Position numbers and translations under genes: made by a program | Notes under the pieces: generated by a model | What the model was told of the DNA's origin: nothing | What the model saw: only the letters and a program-made list of their open reading frames with translations | Database searches by the model: none | Assembly (NCBI GenBank): GCA_030265395.1 | Contig: JARFYF010000052.1 | Span: forward strand, 72,771,362-72,835,361 | Direction of reading: 5' to 3' | Source of the DNA: Rhina ancylostomus | Lineage: Eukaryota | DNA: 64,000 nucleotides | Shown: positions 26,296 through 38,370 of the stretch, piece by piece | How positions within the stretch are numbered: the stretch's first letter is position 1 | Layout: each line of letters opens with the position of its first letter

Positions 26296-27989
26296 TGAAC
26301 ATGAGGTAACATACAGAAAAGAGTAGATAAAGATGATTTACTTCCTTCCTTCCCTGAAGGACTTTACTAAACCAAAATAGCTTTTATGAAAATCCAGTAT
26401 TTTCATGGATGTTACTGATTTATTAATTATTTGAATTTAAATTTCCCAGCTGTCATGGTGGGATTCAAACTCGTGTATTTGGATCAATAGACCAGGATCC
26501 TCTTTAACATTCTACACCTTAACCACATGGTACCATACCAATGTTTCATTATGTTATAGCTGGGTTAAGGAAGAGAGAAAGCCATGAGACTGCAAATAGG
26601 CAGATATGCTGACTGGTATTTCAAAGAAATAATTGACAAATTGAATTGTCTAAACTGTATTTTTTAAAGCTGAGTAATTGTGAAAATGGTCAGAAAGTTT
26701 GTTGCACAAAACTTACCTCAGTCAGCTAAATGGGTTTATTTTCAGCATCTTAATTACAGAATTACTTCTGCTGGCCAACAGAACAGTACCATGGTGATGT
26801 CCTTTAAGTGACAAAATGATTTTGCAGAAAAAGGTAGATTTGTTATCAAGAATTGTTAATTCTGAAACCTACTGCCAAACTTTATGCTTAAAATAATGGT
26901 TAACCCAATCTCTATTAAACTTGAATCCACTGCACGAAATTACTCAGTATTATCTTCACAGTTTTATCAGGGTCAGAATGGTAGCTAATGTGGAAAATTT
27001 ATGCTTGTGCAGGCAAGGACCATTTCTGAGGTTGGAAGTTTGGAGCAGCTTTACCTAATATTCCCTAAATGAGGATGCAAGAGTAATATATTTCATCAGA
27101 CAGTCGAAAGTGTGTTTTAATGCACTAATTTCCATTTGTGGGAAGAATTTGGGCCACTTTAGAGTGACTGAATAACAACTGAAAATGCATTATCATTTGG
27201 CCACAACTGCTGGTATGATTGATTGATTTCGGTGGCTTTCATGTTTGGAACCTGTTTACTTTGTGCTTCTGGGAAGCTGAACCTTTATTGTTTGCTGGTT
27301 TTGTCAGGAGAGGGAAACAATTCTTTCCTTCAGCCCTTTGTAAGTTATATCTGGAAGCATAAAAGAGCTAAGATCATCTGTGTGAGCTGATACAGCAACG
27401 TTATTGTCTGACATATGGTTGTGTCAACTTTTAATGACTCAGCTATAAGGCAACTGTTAATAAATTGTTAAGTATGCAGTTTTACAATGCTGCAAATTAT
27501 ACAGGGATTATTAGAACTGGATTCTCACCTTAATGATATTTGGGACCAGGTAATGACATTTGCAGAAATGTTTTTATTTTAGTCTGCATCCCTGAGCTTC
27601 ATTTACATGTGGGAAGTAGAAAGCTTGTATTTTTTAATTTATTCCTTTGTAGAATAGCGTATTTTTAAAATAGTTTCATGTTAGTACAGCAGTAAATATT
27701 TATGCTTCCTATAGTAAATTTGTGAGGAAATGAAGGTATTGTCCTGTTGACCAAGTGACTCCACATTTCCACATTGGAAAGTGGGGACATGTCATGATTC
27801 ACTTGTGAAATAAGGATTGTAAAATCTGCTGGGCTTACTTACAAAGTCTCTTTGAAAAGGGATAGGTTCTCCAAATTGTTGACAGAACTTCAAGATTTAG
27901 GTTAATTTCTCCATCATTTTCCAGGAAGGTGAGTCTTATCCAATCTGCTCATGGAAAAATCCCCTTATTCCTATAATCAATTAATTGAA

Positions 27990-28160
27990 TCTGCACTGCA
28001 CCACCTCTGCACTTCCTTCAGTATGGAGCCAACACTGGTTGCAGTATTTTAGGTATGGTCTCATCAAACCCCACTACAATTGCAGCAAGACCTCCTTCCT
28101 CTTCTATTCTGACTCCCTTACAATAAAGACCAAGTATACCATCTGCCTTCCCAATTGGTA
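27990..28160 (-). mobile_element. CR1-type LINE fragment
   Basis: Minus strand GKADGILG....G........L......P...Y..Q...PY, the CR1 post-RT region. Confidence 0.65.
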
Positions 28161-28174
28161 GCTGTTCAGCAGGA

Positions 28175-28460
28175 ATTGGAGTTGCTGTGGTTAGGTGTGT
28201 GACCAAAGCTAGCGATTGGGAAGATAATTAGATGTGTGGTTGGTTCCAGAGGTCAGGGATGTGGTTAGATGGGTGGCAGAGCTTGAACCAGAAACATATT
28301 TAGGTGTGCAACTGGATCCAGGGACTGGGAATGCAGCTAGACGTGTGCCTAGTGTCAGAGATCAGGGACATGGTTAGGTGTGCTGCCAGAGCTAAGGGTT
28401 GGGAATATAGTTAAATGTGTGGCCAGAGTCAGTAATGGGAGCACAGTTAAAGGTGTACAT
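28175..28460. repeat. Degenerate ~37-bp minisatellite, about 8 units
   Basis: Core (T/C)TARRYGTG at 28191, 28228, 28265, 28300, 28337, 28374, 28411, 28447 (spacing 35-37 bp). Confidence 0.8.
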
Positions 28461-28531
28461 TTCACACTTATTTCATCAAAATCCTTAATATAGATTGTAA
28501 TTAACTGGGTGTTGTAAGAAATCCACATGGC

Positions 28532-29179
28532 TGTCACGTAACAGCAATGACACTGACCCCTGCTGGTCGGAGTACAGCATTGCTCCTCAGATCAGAAGTG
28601 ATACTACTGTCAATCAACGTGAGGTTCCACCCACCCCTCAGGTGTGAGAGTACCTTTTGTTTCTGAACTTGCTTGACCATTGGCTGTGGCAGGTACCTTT
28701 TGTCTTTGACCCCCAAACCACTGGTCCATGTAAATCACTCAGTGAGGCTCCACCCAGCCTCCTAGCACCATAAAAAGGGCTGCCATCCCCTAGCCCTCCC
28801 TCTTTGATGACCCCAGAAGTTATGAGACAACACTGCAGAGATCACTGGTAAGAATGCATCGCCACGTGGTTTGGGAGCGTTCCACTCAGACTCCAGGCAG
28901 TTTTAGAGCCAATGCTAGTGTGGGTCAGGCATTGAAGTGTTATATCCTGAAGTTGTACATTGTTATTGTGTGCTTGTTTGTATCAGTGTGTGTGTGTGAG
29001 TGTATTTTACCCCAGTTGCGATACCCCCTCTTGTGTTCGCAGTCTCCTGCATGTGAGCAAGAGCATGGCTGTTCCCATCCATTCTGGCCCGCGTTTGCCT
29101 TTGTGATTAAACTAGTTTTGATCTCCAAAACTTGTGTCCAGAGTCCTTCATCCTTAAGACAGAAAAGAACGATTTCACA
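28532..29179 (+). mobile_element. Probable solo LTR (~650 bp)
   Basis: Starts TGTCACG and ends TCACA; TATA-like CATAAAAA at 28769-28776; ATTAAA at 29106-29111; flanks TGGC / TAGC (4-bp TSD with one transition). Confidence 0.6.
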
Positions 29180-29764
29180 TAGCACTGGGGACCCTGGATT
29201 GATCTGTGTGCCACCCTCCAAGTAATAGCCAGCCAAAGTGAAAAAGACCAATTCATTCCTAGTCTTTTTGCTGTCCTTTAACCAGTCCTATGCTCATGCG
29301 AACATATTATTTGAGCCCACATTTTACATTGTGGCTTGATGGGTGGAACCTTTTCAAATGTACTTTGAAAATACAGAAACACACTAACTCTCCACTAGTT
29401 ATCCCTCATTTTCCTTGCCTGTTGCACCTTCAAAAAACTCCAATAGATTCATCAACACAGAAATCTTTTTGACTCTGCATAATTATGTAGCCATTTTATT
29501 GTGTTTATGTTCACCTCCACAAACTGCAGCTGGCAAACATCAGCAGTGGCAAAGACATTTTGGCTGGGTTGCAGATACACCAAACAAGGGTATGTCTGCC
29601 TGCTGATAGAAACCAAACCTTGGATCCATGGTTTGGACCTGTGGAGAATCGAGAAACATTTAGTAAATCATTGGTCCATGGAAATATTGACCTTCCTTTC
29701 TGGAGAGTTGTACATCCCTTAAGCAGGGGCCCCACATTAGGATTCCTTTTTAAATTTCACAAAC

Positions 29765-29995
29765 ATTTTATTCATAAAATTTTGCAGATATAATACAAAA
29801 CATTCATATTGCAATTTTTATTACAAGCCATGTCATTCCATTTACATTGCACTAGCACAACATCAATTTTCTTTGACATATATTCCTTGAGGAATACAGT
29901 CCAGGCAGTTTTCACACAGTTTCTCCTTCTGTTGTACAATAGCTGAAAAGGCATTAGACTGTAGCCTTTCCACAAAGAGCCTTTGGCACAGAGGA
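29765..29995 (-). mobile_element. Tx1/L1-like LINE 3' end remnant
   Basis: Minus strand AKGSLWKGYSLMPFQ resembles the Tx1-type C-terminal ALW..RNL..FQ motif; followed by AATAAA. Confidence 0.4.
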
Positions 29996-30469
29996 CCCAA
30001 TTACTTTATCTAAGAGATTTTATCTAAGAAATAAAATAATTATTTTTCATCTGACAGGCTGCTACCCTATTATGACTTAGCATGTTTGAACATTGATGCA
30101 AATCTCCACTCTGCAATGCAAACATGAACTGGATGGCTGTGAGGGAGCCAGAGGGGAACCCTCATCCTTTCACAGAGCAAAAGAATAATTAATGGTCCTT
30201 ATGCTCAGCTATTGATCTTGTGTAGCAAAGCAGCAAATGCAGAGTAGAACCTTTGCTAGTTTCTGAGCCTGCACATCAAGAAAAGACCAAGCAAGGAAGG
30301 CCCAGACACATGAGGCTGATGGGCAGGAAAATATCATCTCACCCATTAATGTGCCCCACACCATGATGACTTCTTCATCATAAGTAGATACGTCTTTATG
30401 TCTCTTCACGCCTGCCTTGTAATCTCAGAGCGTGTTATTGTATTGAAAGAAGTATTACAAATATATGTT

Positions 30470-30689
30470 CAGGTCCTCCTCATGTTACAGCAAGGTTCCA
30501 TTCCTGTGAACTGTTTGTAACCCAAACAGTTCGCAAGTTGGAAATGTGACTGCAAACTGAGTTCCCACCCGGCAGAAGATGCCTGCAGCCCTGCAGCAGC
30601 TGGCAAATCCATCCCACCGGTCTGTCAAATGTCCGTGCATATGTACATGCTGTACATAAATTGCGTGTTCATAAACTGGGAAGGCCCTG
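30470..30689. mobile_element. Tigger/pogo-like MITE
   Basis: Imperfect TIRs CAGGTCCTCCTCATGTTAC / (rc) CAGGGCCTTCCCAGTTTAT; TA TSD not preserved. Confidence 0.45.
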
Positions 30690-32742
30690 CAAATAACTTC
30701 TTAACAAAGTGAATTTTTCTGGAATAATTGATACCTACTACTATGGAGTGGTTAGCCCAGGAATTAAATCATGCAGCACCCACTGTTTAGGTGCCAAGCA
30801 GTCCCATTCCAACTTCACCTGGAGCAGATAACACTGGAAATCAATTCCAAGTGAAATTGCACCAGATGTAAAATTGTACCAGGCATTTCCATTTGCTATT
30901 TATGTTTACATGTCTAACATTTTCCCAGCCTCAGGTGCACACGCCATTATTAGCACAAGACCATTTCTGTCCTTACTAACGTACATTGGAACTAAAAGCC
31001 GCAATCTACATCTGCCATTGGACAGTCTCAATAGAACTCGGGGAAAGTCGCCCTATGGTTGTGTTTCTTGATATTTAAAGGGCCACTCCAAGGTCATCAA
31101 GAGATGTGATTGAGCACCTTCAGGCTTCTCTAACTTCTTCTAAGGTCCATGGAGTGTGCTGCAATTAACAAAGGAGTGCTTTCTCCAGTATTTTTTGCTG
31201 AGCTATTCATTCAATAGTATCTTAATGATGATATTGTTGAAAGCTCTCCATTACTGGAGTTGTTGTTACAGCCATGACCAGCCTCTCAGGGTTGGTTGGG
31301 GCAGGAGGCTGAGATGTTCCCAGAGAGACTTCAGAGGCACCACATCCTACATAGACCTTTCTGATGGGCAATGTATTTGCTGGCNNNNNNNNNNTGGCTC
31401 AGATATGCACTGAATGTAGCACTTCAGTGAAGATTGCCCTATTCTATAATGCAAGTGCTCAGTATAAATTCTCTGTATTTCCTGATCACTGGCATTTTGC
31501 TCAAACAACTGTGATCTTTGCACAAAATGCACTTTCCATGGATTAGCTCAACCCAGTAGGTATAAACATGGCCAAGGTCTTGAACCATTTGGGCTGCTGC
31601 TCATCATCAATATGGAAGCATTAGCATCTTGGCCACAGTGGCCAAGAGTAATACATGCCACAACATATTAATCAGCTCTTCATTCATTGGAGAAGGAGAT
31701 GCATTCAGGGATCAGCACTTCAAGCCAATGAAGTCCACAGTCATTCAATGATGAAAAATCCCTCATAATACTCCAATTAATTTCACTTTAAGTAATTACA
31801 GCAAATGACCATTTTAAGGTACATTGGGTCACAATTATGTTTTTATTTGTATGGCTGGGTAAACAATCATAGTTCATTGTCAAGGTTAGAGGTCCATTCA
31901 AAGGCTTCTTGGTTGAAGGTTGTTCAGTTTTCTTTGGAAGGTTAAAGCCTGGGATTTCATTGTTCAGGTCGGTATCCAGGTTGTGCTTGGTGATGTTTGC
32001 GGTCAGCCAAGAGCTGCGCCATCAGAGGCGGAGCTGTCATTAATCTCCAGTGTTTCCATAGTGGCTACAGGATCATGTCGGGATTCTTTTGACAGTGGGA
32101 ATACCTTTTGGCTGTCAGCTGGTGATGTTCTTAAACATGGATGCTTTCCCTGCTGGCATCAAGAGGTACAATTGGGTTTGCACAGGAAGTCATGAGTTAC
32201 AGTATGTTGGCCATGATGCTCCAGTGGTGTCTTTCATAGCTTCCTGAAGATGGATATCTAAACCATCTGGGTGTAGAAATGGTGTAGAAAAACACACAGG
32301 AAAAGTGGTTACTTCTACCGATGACAACAGGGGCAGGAGGCTCCACATGCAACCGCACAGTAAAGACAGTTCGTGGTCCACAAACCCAGAAATTAATCAG
32401 GTTTGATATTCCAGAGAGAGAACCTTGACTCCTTGAAGTGAACAAGCTGAGGAACAGAGTAACAGAGAGAGAAAGAGCGATATATATAATAATATGGGGA
32501 GAGAGATGTATGCCTGATGCCCAGTGACATTTTTTTACAATCAATAGAACTATAATATTCACAAAACCTTTCAAAAGTTTTATAAATAGTCAAAAACTAT
32601 TCAGTCAGGAGCTGTTTAGGAAAAATAAAGCCCTCAGAAAGATCACATCATTTGTGCACACTAATATATGGAAGTTGTGTGCATGAAGAGACCAGTGGTA
32701 GATATTTTTGAAGTTTGGCTTGGGGGGGGGGGGGGGGGGGGG

Positions 32743-32783
<41 letters not shown>

Positions 32784-32883
32784 NNNNNNNNNNNNNNNNN
32801 NNNNNNNNNNNNNNNNNNNNNNNNNNNNNNNNNNNNNNNNNNNNNNNNNNNNNNNNNNNNNNNNNNNNNNNNNNNNNNNNNNN

Positions 32884-32958
32884 CTGAGGAAGTATCCTGA
32901 CTCCAGTCTTGTATCAGTGTGCCGCATTTGGGTTCTGAGTTTGCTCAACATTGTGACA
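32884..32958 (+). mobile_element. 3' end of a young LTR (Gypsy-like), remainder lost in poly-G/N gap
   Basis: Ends ...gcatttgggttct...TGTGACA; CTTGG on both sides (32719-32723, 32959-32963) is a candidate 5-bp TSD. Confidence 0.6.
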
Positions 32959-34790
32959 CTTGGAGCTTAATTGAAGTAATCTAATTGTAACTATTGAAGT
33001 TGAGTTTGACCACTTGGTAGTTATTTAAGAAATTATGACACTGTAACATTAAACACAGACATCTACACAGATACCAGGGAGGATGGGGCCTGTTTTCTCA
33101 GTGCAGCAGGGGAGGGAGAGGGCAAAATATAGTGTTAGATCAAAGGGGAAACTAAGTAAAATTCTTTATGACTGAAGGAGTTTTACCTTGAAAGCATAAC
33201 CTCTTCGTCTTCAGGTATACTGCAGTCTGGGAAAGCTGACCTGGTCAGTCACCAGAGGTTATGTCTCCAGGTAGGTGCATCATTGAAACAGTGGTTCCAG
33301 TCAAAGGGAAAGTTGACCTGAACGGCCACCAGAGGTCATGTCTCATTGGATTGTCAGTAGATTGACCTGAGGATAATCATCATAGCAAACAACCTTTAAT
33401 AAGGCTATGTAACACATTAGCCATTGCCACACCAGTGGTTTTTAACAATGTTGCCTGCACACTCCATAAAGTTTTTAAAAAATTAATAAAACGCATAATA
33501 CCACTATTCTAAAGTGATTACGAAGATCTTTCTGTCGTCCACATCACACTACAGCTATGAATGTTGGTAACATCTTTGCTAACCACCTAAACTGGATAGT
33601 GCCCAAATCCATCCAGAATTTCTGAAGGAAAAAAACACAACACAGTGGTAGAAGCATGGAAAATAATAACATCTTTCAATAAGACAACACACCTAGTGCC
33701 TTTCCTATTTATCAAGTTTGTATGTGAATTTCAATGTGCTGTAATGACATCAAAGTATCCTCATGAATGCAGGGCCTGGCTGCTGGGAGACTTCTCCCCT
33801 TGAATCAGTTAAGATGTTCTTGATGACACACAAGGAGCTCTCGCTCTCATTTGGTTAGCCATAGGCTGTTCCATTGTACATAATAATAAGGTTCATCCCA
33901 TTCACTGGTACAAGAACAGATGTAACTAAGAAAGTACAGTCATAAAGTTACTTTATTGAGATGTAGAACCAAATGATCAAGTTTACTTAAATGGAAGAAA
34001 TGGAATAGGACATGATCGGCACAACTTTGTGGGCCGAAGGGCCTGAATTATGCTGTAGTTTTTCTATATTCTATGTTCTAAATAAACTCAGGACAGTGAC
34101 TTACAGCCTGATGCAACCTCCTGCTGTTCCTGGAGATGAGAGGTGCATTCCAGTGTGCAATATCTCTATTCCCATAGGAGAGTGATCTGCCTATGCATGC
34201 CATACCTCTGCTCAGGCAGTAGGGCAATCCGCTGATTTGCAACATCTCTCTGTTCATGTAGAACAGCTGGTGGACAGGTTCCTGCATCTGGTGAGAGCAA
34301 CAATCTGCTCACAGATTGTATTTCACTGCCTAATGAGGTCAGTGATCGATTCAAGAGTGGCATGAGGACATTACCTTGTTCCCTAGTGGTACATTACTGT
34401 TTCTTCAGATCTTCAATCAGCTCCTGTGTGGCAGAGGCCAGACCACGAGCTTGATCAGGCTGACAGTACATAAAGTCTCTCTGTGTGATCTCCATCTGTG
34501 CCTTCATGACAGCTGTCACCTGCACTAGTAGGTGCTGTGTGCTGGGATTGTCAACAATGCCTTGCCAACCAGCGGAGGTCATGGTCAGCGAGCTGCGCTC
34601 AACCTCCTGCAAGATCTTGGACTCGTTATTTCCTGCATTTGGCCAGGCAAGCCTAATAAAGAGATTATCACCTAATCATTGCCTTCATCAGTGGGGGACA
34701 CTACAGATGTGTGGGCTCCCTTTGGTGAGCCTCTGTATCAGATTCCCTTCGCATGGTCCCAGACTGCATCCAGGTGTCTGGTGTATCTCC

Positions 34791-34882
34791 CTGCAACACA
34801 TGTTCCTCTAACCTAATCCACTTGTCTCTTCATCAGCTGCAACACATGTTCCTCTAACCTAATCCACTTGTCTCTTCATCAG
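34791..34882. repeat. Exact 46-bp tandem duplication
   Basis: ctgcaacacatgttcctctaacctaatccacttgtctcttcatcag twice (34791-34836, 34837-34882). Confidence 0.95.
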
Positions 34883-36639
34883 GCCGGTCCCTAAGGTGTT
34901 GCTGAGGGGTGTCTGGTGGGCAATGGTGCAGTGTGATCTTCATCATTTGCCCTATCTTCCTGCTCCTGGCACTCAGAATTGGGGGAAACAAGGGGCGCCT
35001 CTGATATTTTTCAAAACCAGAAAGGAAGATAGTTGCATCTGTCCAAAACATAGGTCTGGTAATGCAGGTGTGGGTGTTAACTGCAGATCAGATCCAAGGA
35101 GATAGAGTCAACACAATGAAACATTGTTAGAGAGTTTACCCAGCAGATTAAGTACAAACCCTGCTTTTGACGTGGTTTAGGCTCTGTGGCCCTCTGCTCA
35201 CAATGGTCTCCTCCAGCCTGATGAAGTGCAGGGCTCACATTGACCTCCTCCTGCAGGAGGTGGGGGTGAGGGAGGATCCCTCCTATTCCTTAGTAACCTG
35301 GCCTGCAGTAGAAGAGAAGTTTCAATGTTTCATTTTCCTACTTCGGAGGCTTGTCCTTTGTGTGGGGAATGAAGTGGTAGAATGTCAGTGGAAGGTCAAG
35401 GATGGAGGCATAGTGTAGGAGAGCAGGTGATAAGTGGAGGTGTGAATGAAGTAATAGATTGTGTGAGTAAAGGTTTGTGGGACTCGTGTGTCTGGCATCC
35501 AGTCTGCAGGAGCTACTAGTAGTGGTATGCAGTTCATCTTTATATAACATAAGATAAAACAGCATTGCTCCATGGTGTGGGGGTCTTCACTACTGGAGGA
35601 AGCCACTTGAGCCACCTTCTGTCAGGGTCTCCTAACTATGGCCCTGGCAGGTATTCTGCTCCACCTCACCTTAAACCACCAGCACACAAAACATCCCTCC
35701 TAGTAAGTGCTTCAGTTATTAGGACTTCAGTGTTCTTTCAGCGTATCATAGAGTTCAGACCTTTAAACTAAGTCTCCCCCTCTCCCTGGCAACTGTAATG
35801 TGTGTTGCTGCGGCCTTGCTGCCAGGAACATTGTGTCTTTAAGGGCTGATGTCTTTCTTGTAATTGCTATGAAGCAAAGTTTCTGCATCTTTGGCCCATT
35901 GAGCCTGCTCCCATCGGGAACCATGCAGATCGCACTTGATGCATAATGTTAACCAGCCAAACTCTACTTCCACTCGACAACTTTGCAATTTTTTATGGGG
36001 GACCACATTTGCATAAGTGATAAATGCAACCAGGTTGTGGTAGGTGTAATCCAATTTCTAGGCATTTGTTTTAAATGTTAAAATGCTAGATACCTCTTAT
36101 TCATTTAACATATGTAATATACAACTGAAATAACTTTTCATATTGACTCTGATCTTGTGAAGCAAGGAAGTAACAGTGATAGCAAATATTTCTCTATTGC
36201 TGAATGGATAATTGGATTTAATTATCAATGATAGATCCCATTTAATTTATGAATAAAANNNNNNNNNNNNNNNNNNNNNNNNNNCAATATTTTCAAATGC
36301 CAAGATTTTATTAGCCAGTTGATTTAAACTACAATGTAATTTTTTGAAACAAGTCTTTCACATTGCTATAAATAAGCCTACAGATCTTAATTATCCAATG
36401 TTTTCTCATTCATTCTAAAATATGTATATCCATTATTTGTCCTTCACATTCGACCAGTAGAATATGATTTGTATACTATTTCATTCCAAGTGTTATCTGA
36501 ACTCATGAGGAATCTGTTCAGTAAACTAATTTGAATGCAAACTAATTCATATTGTGTGAAGATGGAGTTCTTTGATTACAGAGTCATTTTTTGGCTCATT
36601 GAATAGTGGAAAAATGCATTATTTCCTGGACAGATAGAA

Positions 36640-36940
36640 TCTGTATCAACTTAGCCTATTATCATGTCTCCAAAGTACTCCAGAGTCAATGAATTATTGT
36701 TGCTGTTTAACCAGTGTAACAATTTGTGCATTGCATGGCCCCACACATATGAAATGACTTGAATGGCAGTTTATTGTTCTTGATATTGGTTGAGGCAGTA
36801 TTTTTGGCCTTAACATTGAGAGAACTTGCTCCATTTCAATACTGCCATGGAGTTGGTATTTGTTACACCTGGAAATAATGCACTGATCCGTTCTGCTGCA
36901 ACAATTTTCCCTTCATTGTGTATTATTACACTGAAGAGAA
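36640..36940 (-). mobile_element. Old DeuSINE/SacSINE-like SINE
   Basis: tgatattggttgaggcagtatttttggcc...gagaact...aatactgccatgg resembles the Deu-domain consensus as I recall it. Confidence 0.45.
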
Positions 36941-38102
36941 TACTTCCTAGATTGAAACTTTATTGATCAGGTACTTCTTTGACTTTTGACTGTTGACTTT
37001 TTGTAATTGAAAACCGAGCTCATAATTGAATTGATCTCTTCTGTGTACATTGTACACTTGAATTAAGTAGTTAATTCCTTTTAACAGGAGATGGATGAAA
37101 AGGTTCACCACATTAGAGAGCATACAAGGACCAGTCCTGTAGGTCATCTTGAGAACAATCAAGGCTATTCGATGCCTTATATTTTTACATCCTGTGCGCT
37201 TGTTCACCTCCCTTAAGTGACTATACAAGTTAAATAAGTTGGGTATAAACCATTATTTTTACAAATTGTTCATGGTCTGTTGAAGTATTATCTTTGTTTG
37301 TTTAGTTGACTAATTTTGTTCACTTTTACCCATTACATTTGGAGACAGTGATTTGATACACAGTGCTACATCAGCACCAACTTAAATACATTACAGTGCA
37401 CTTTATTCAATCGATAATCAGTGTACTATACAAATTTCCAACAGTATTTTGATACTTTCAGCAGTATTACTTTCATTCTGCATCATTANNNNNNNNNNNN
37501 NNNNNNNNNNNNNNNNNNNNNNNNNNNNNNNNNNNNNNNNNNNNNNNNNNNNNNNNNNNNNNNNNNNNNNNNNNNNNNNNNNNNNNNNTCATTAAACTGA
37601 AGCCAAACATTACTTAAACTGAAATTATTATTTTAGAGATACTTTTTTGACTTTAGTCCTCCAATATGCATAATAGGGTTGTGGTTAAAAAATATTTTAA
37701 ATTCCTATGATTTGTAATATATACTCTCCCAGAGTGCTTGAAATAAAGCAATATTACACACAGTAGCATCAATGAAATAGAAGTTGTAGCTGTAAGCTAT
37801 TTTTCCAGTGGCAAGATATTTGCAAAAGTATGTAAATTATTAAATGACAATGCAGATTTGCTGAAGAGCAAACAAAAATCAGTGGTGAATAAAAGTCCTG
37901 AAAATCAACTGATTTTGAAAAATATGCTGTCATAGATTAACACCTTGGTTACCTGTTCTGCCCAAAGAACATATGAAATAGGAACAAACTGGCTCAGGAC
38001 TAATGCACCCTTCATCTGGGGCAGACCTCTTGGTGTGGCTATGTTGTTCAAGAAGAAAAATAAATACACGGTTCCATTCAACACCTTGCCTTTGTTGATT
38101 GT

Positions 38103-38370
38103 CATAGAGCCATAGTGTCACCCAGCAAAGAAACAGGCCCTTGGCCCACCTGGTCCATGCAGACCGCCCAAGTATTTATCTGTGCTAATCCCATTTACCT
38201 AAACATGATCTGCTATGCCTTGGTGTTCATCCAGGTGCTTCTTAACTGTTGTGAGAGCACCTGCCTCCACCACAGTCTCAGGTAGTGCATTCCAGATTGC
38301 AACCACCCTCTGGGTGAAAAATTCTCCCTTAGATCCTCTCTAACCCTCTTACTCCTCACTTCAAACTTGC
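38103..38370 (-). mobile_element. CR1/HER1-like LINE 3' end
   Basis: catagag...aacaggcccttggcccac tail; minus strand FFTQRVVAIWNALPETVVEA, the CR1 C-terminus. Confidence 0.85.

Larger units (their letters stand above)
30755..36063. mobile_element. Decayed PIF/Harbinger DNA transposon (transposase remnant on +, Myb/SANT-like gene remnant on -)
   Basis: TIR-like ends match at 13/20 positions, all mismatches transitions; FRGTTSYIDLSDGQCI (+, ~31330-31380); TEVLITEALTRRDVL and RRP*QKVAQVASSSSEDPHTMEQC (-, ~35560-35735). Confidence 0.55.

Noticed and set aside
28175-28460. CRISPR-like periodicity
   Set aside because: Vertebrate context, no cas genes, a conserved core of only ~10 bp, and the intervening parts resemble each other; it is a minisatellite.
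32722-32783. Long poly-G run giving poly-Gly/poly-Pro ORFs and a G-quadruplex-like look
   Set aside because: It abuts a 100-N gap and is typical of a no-signal sequencing artefact.
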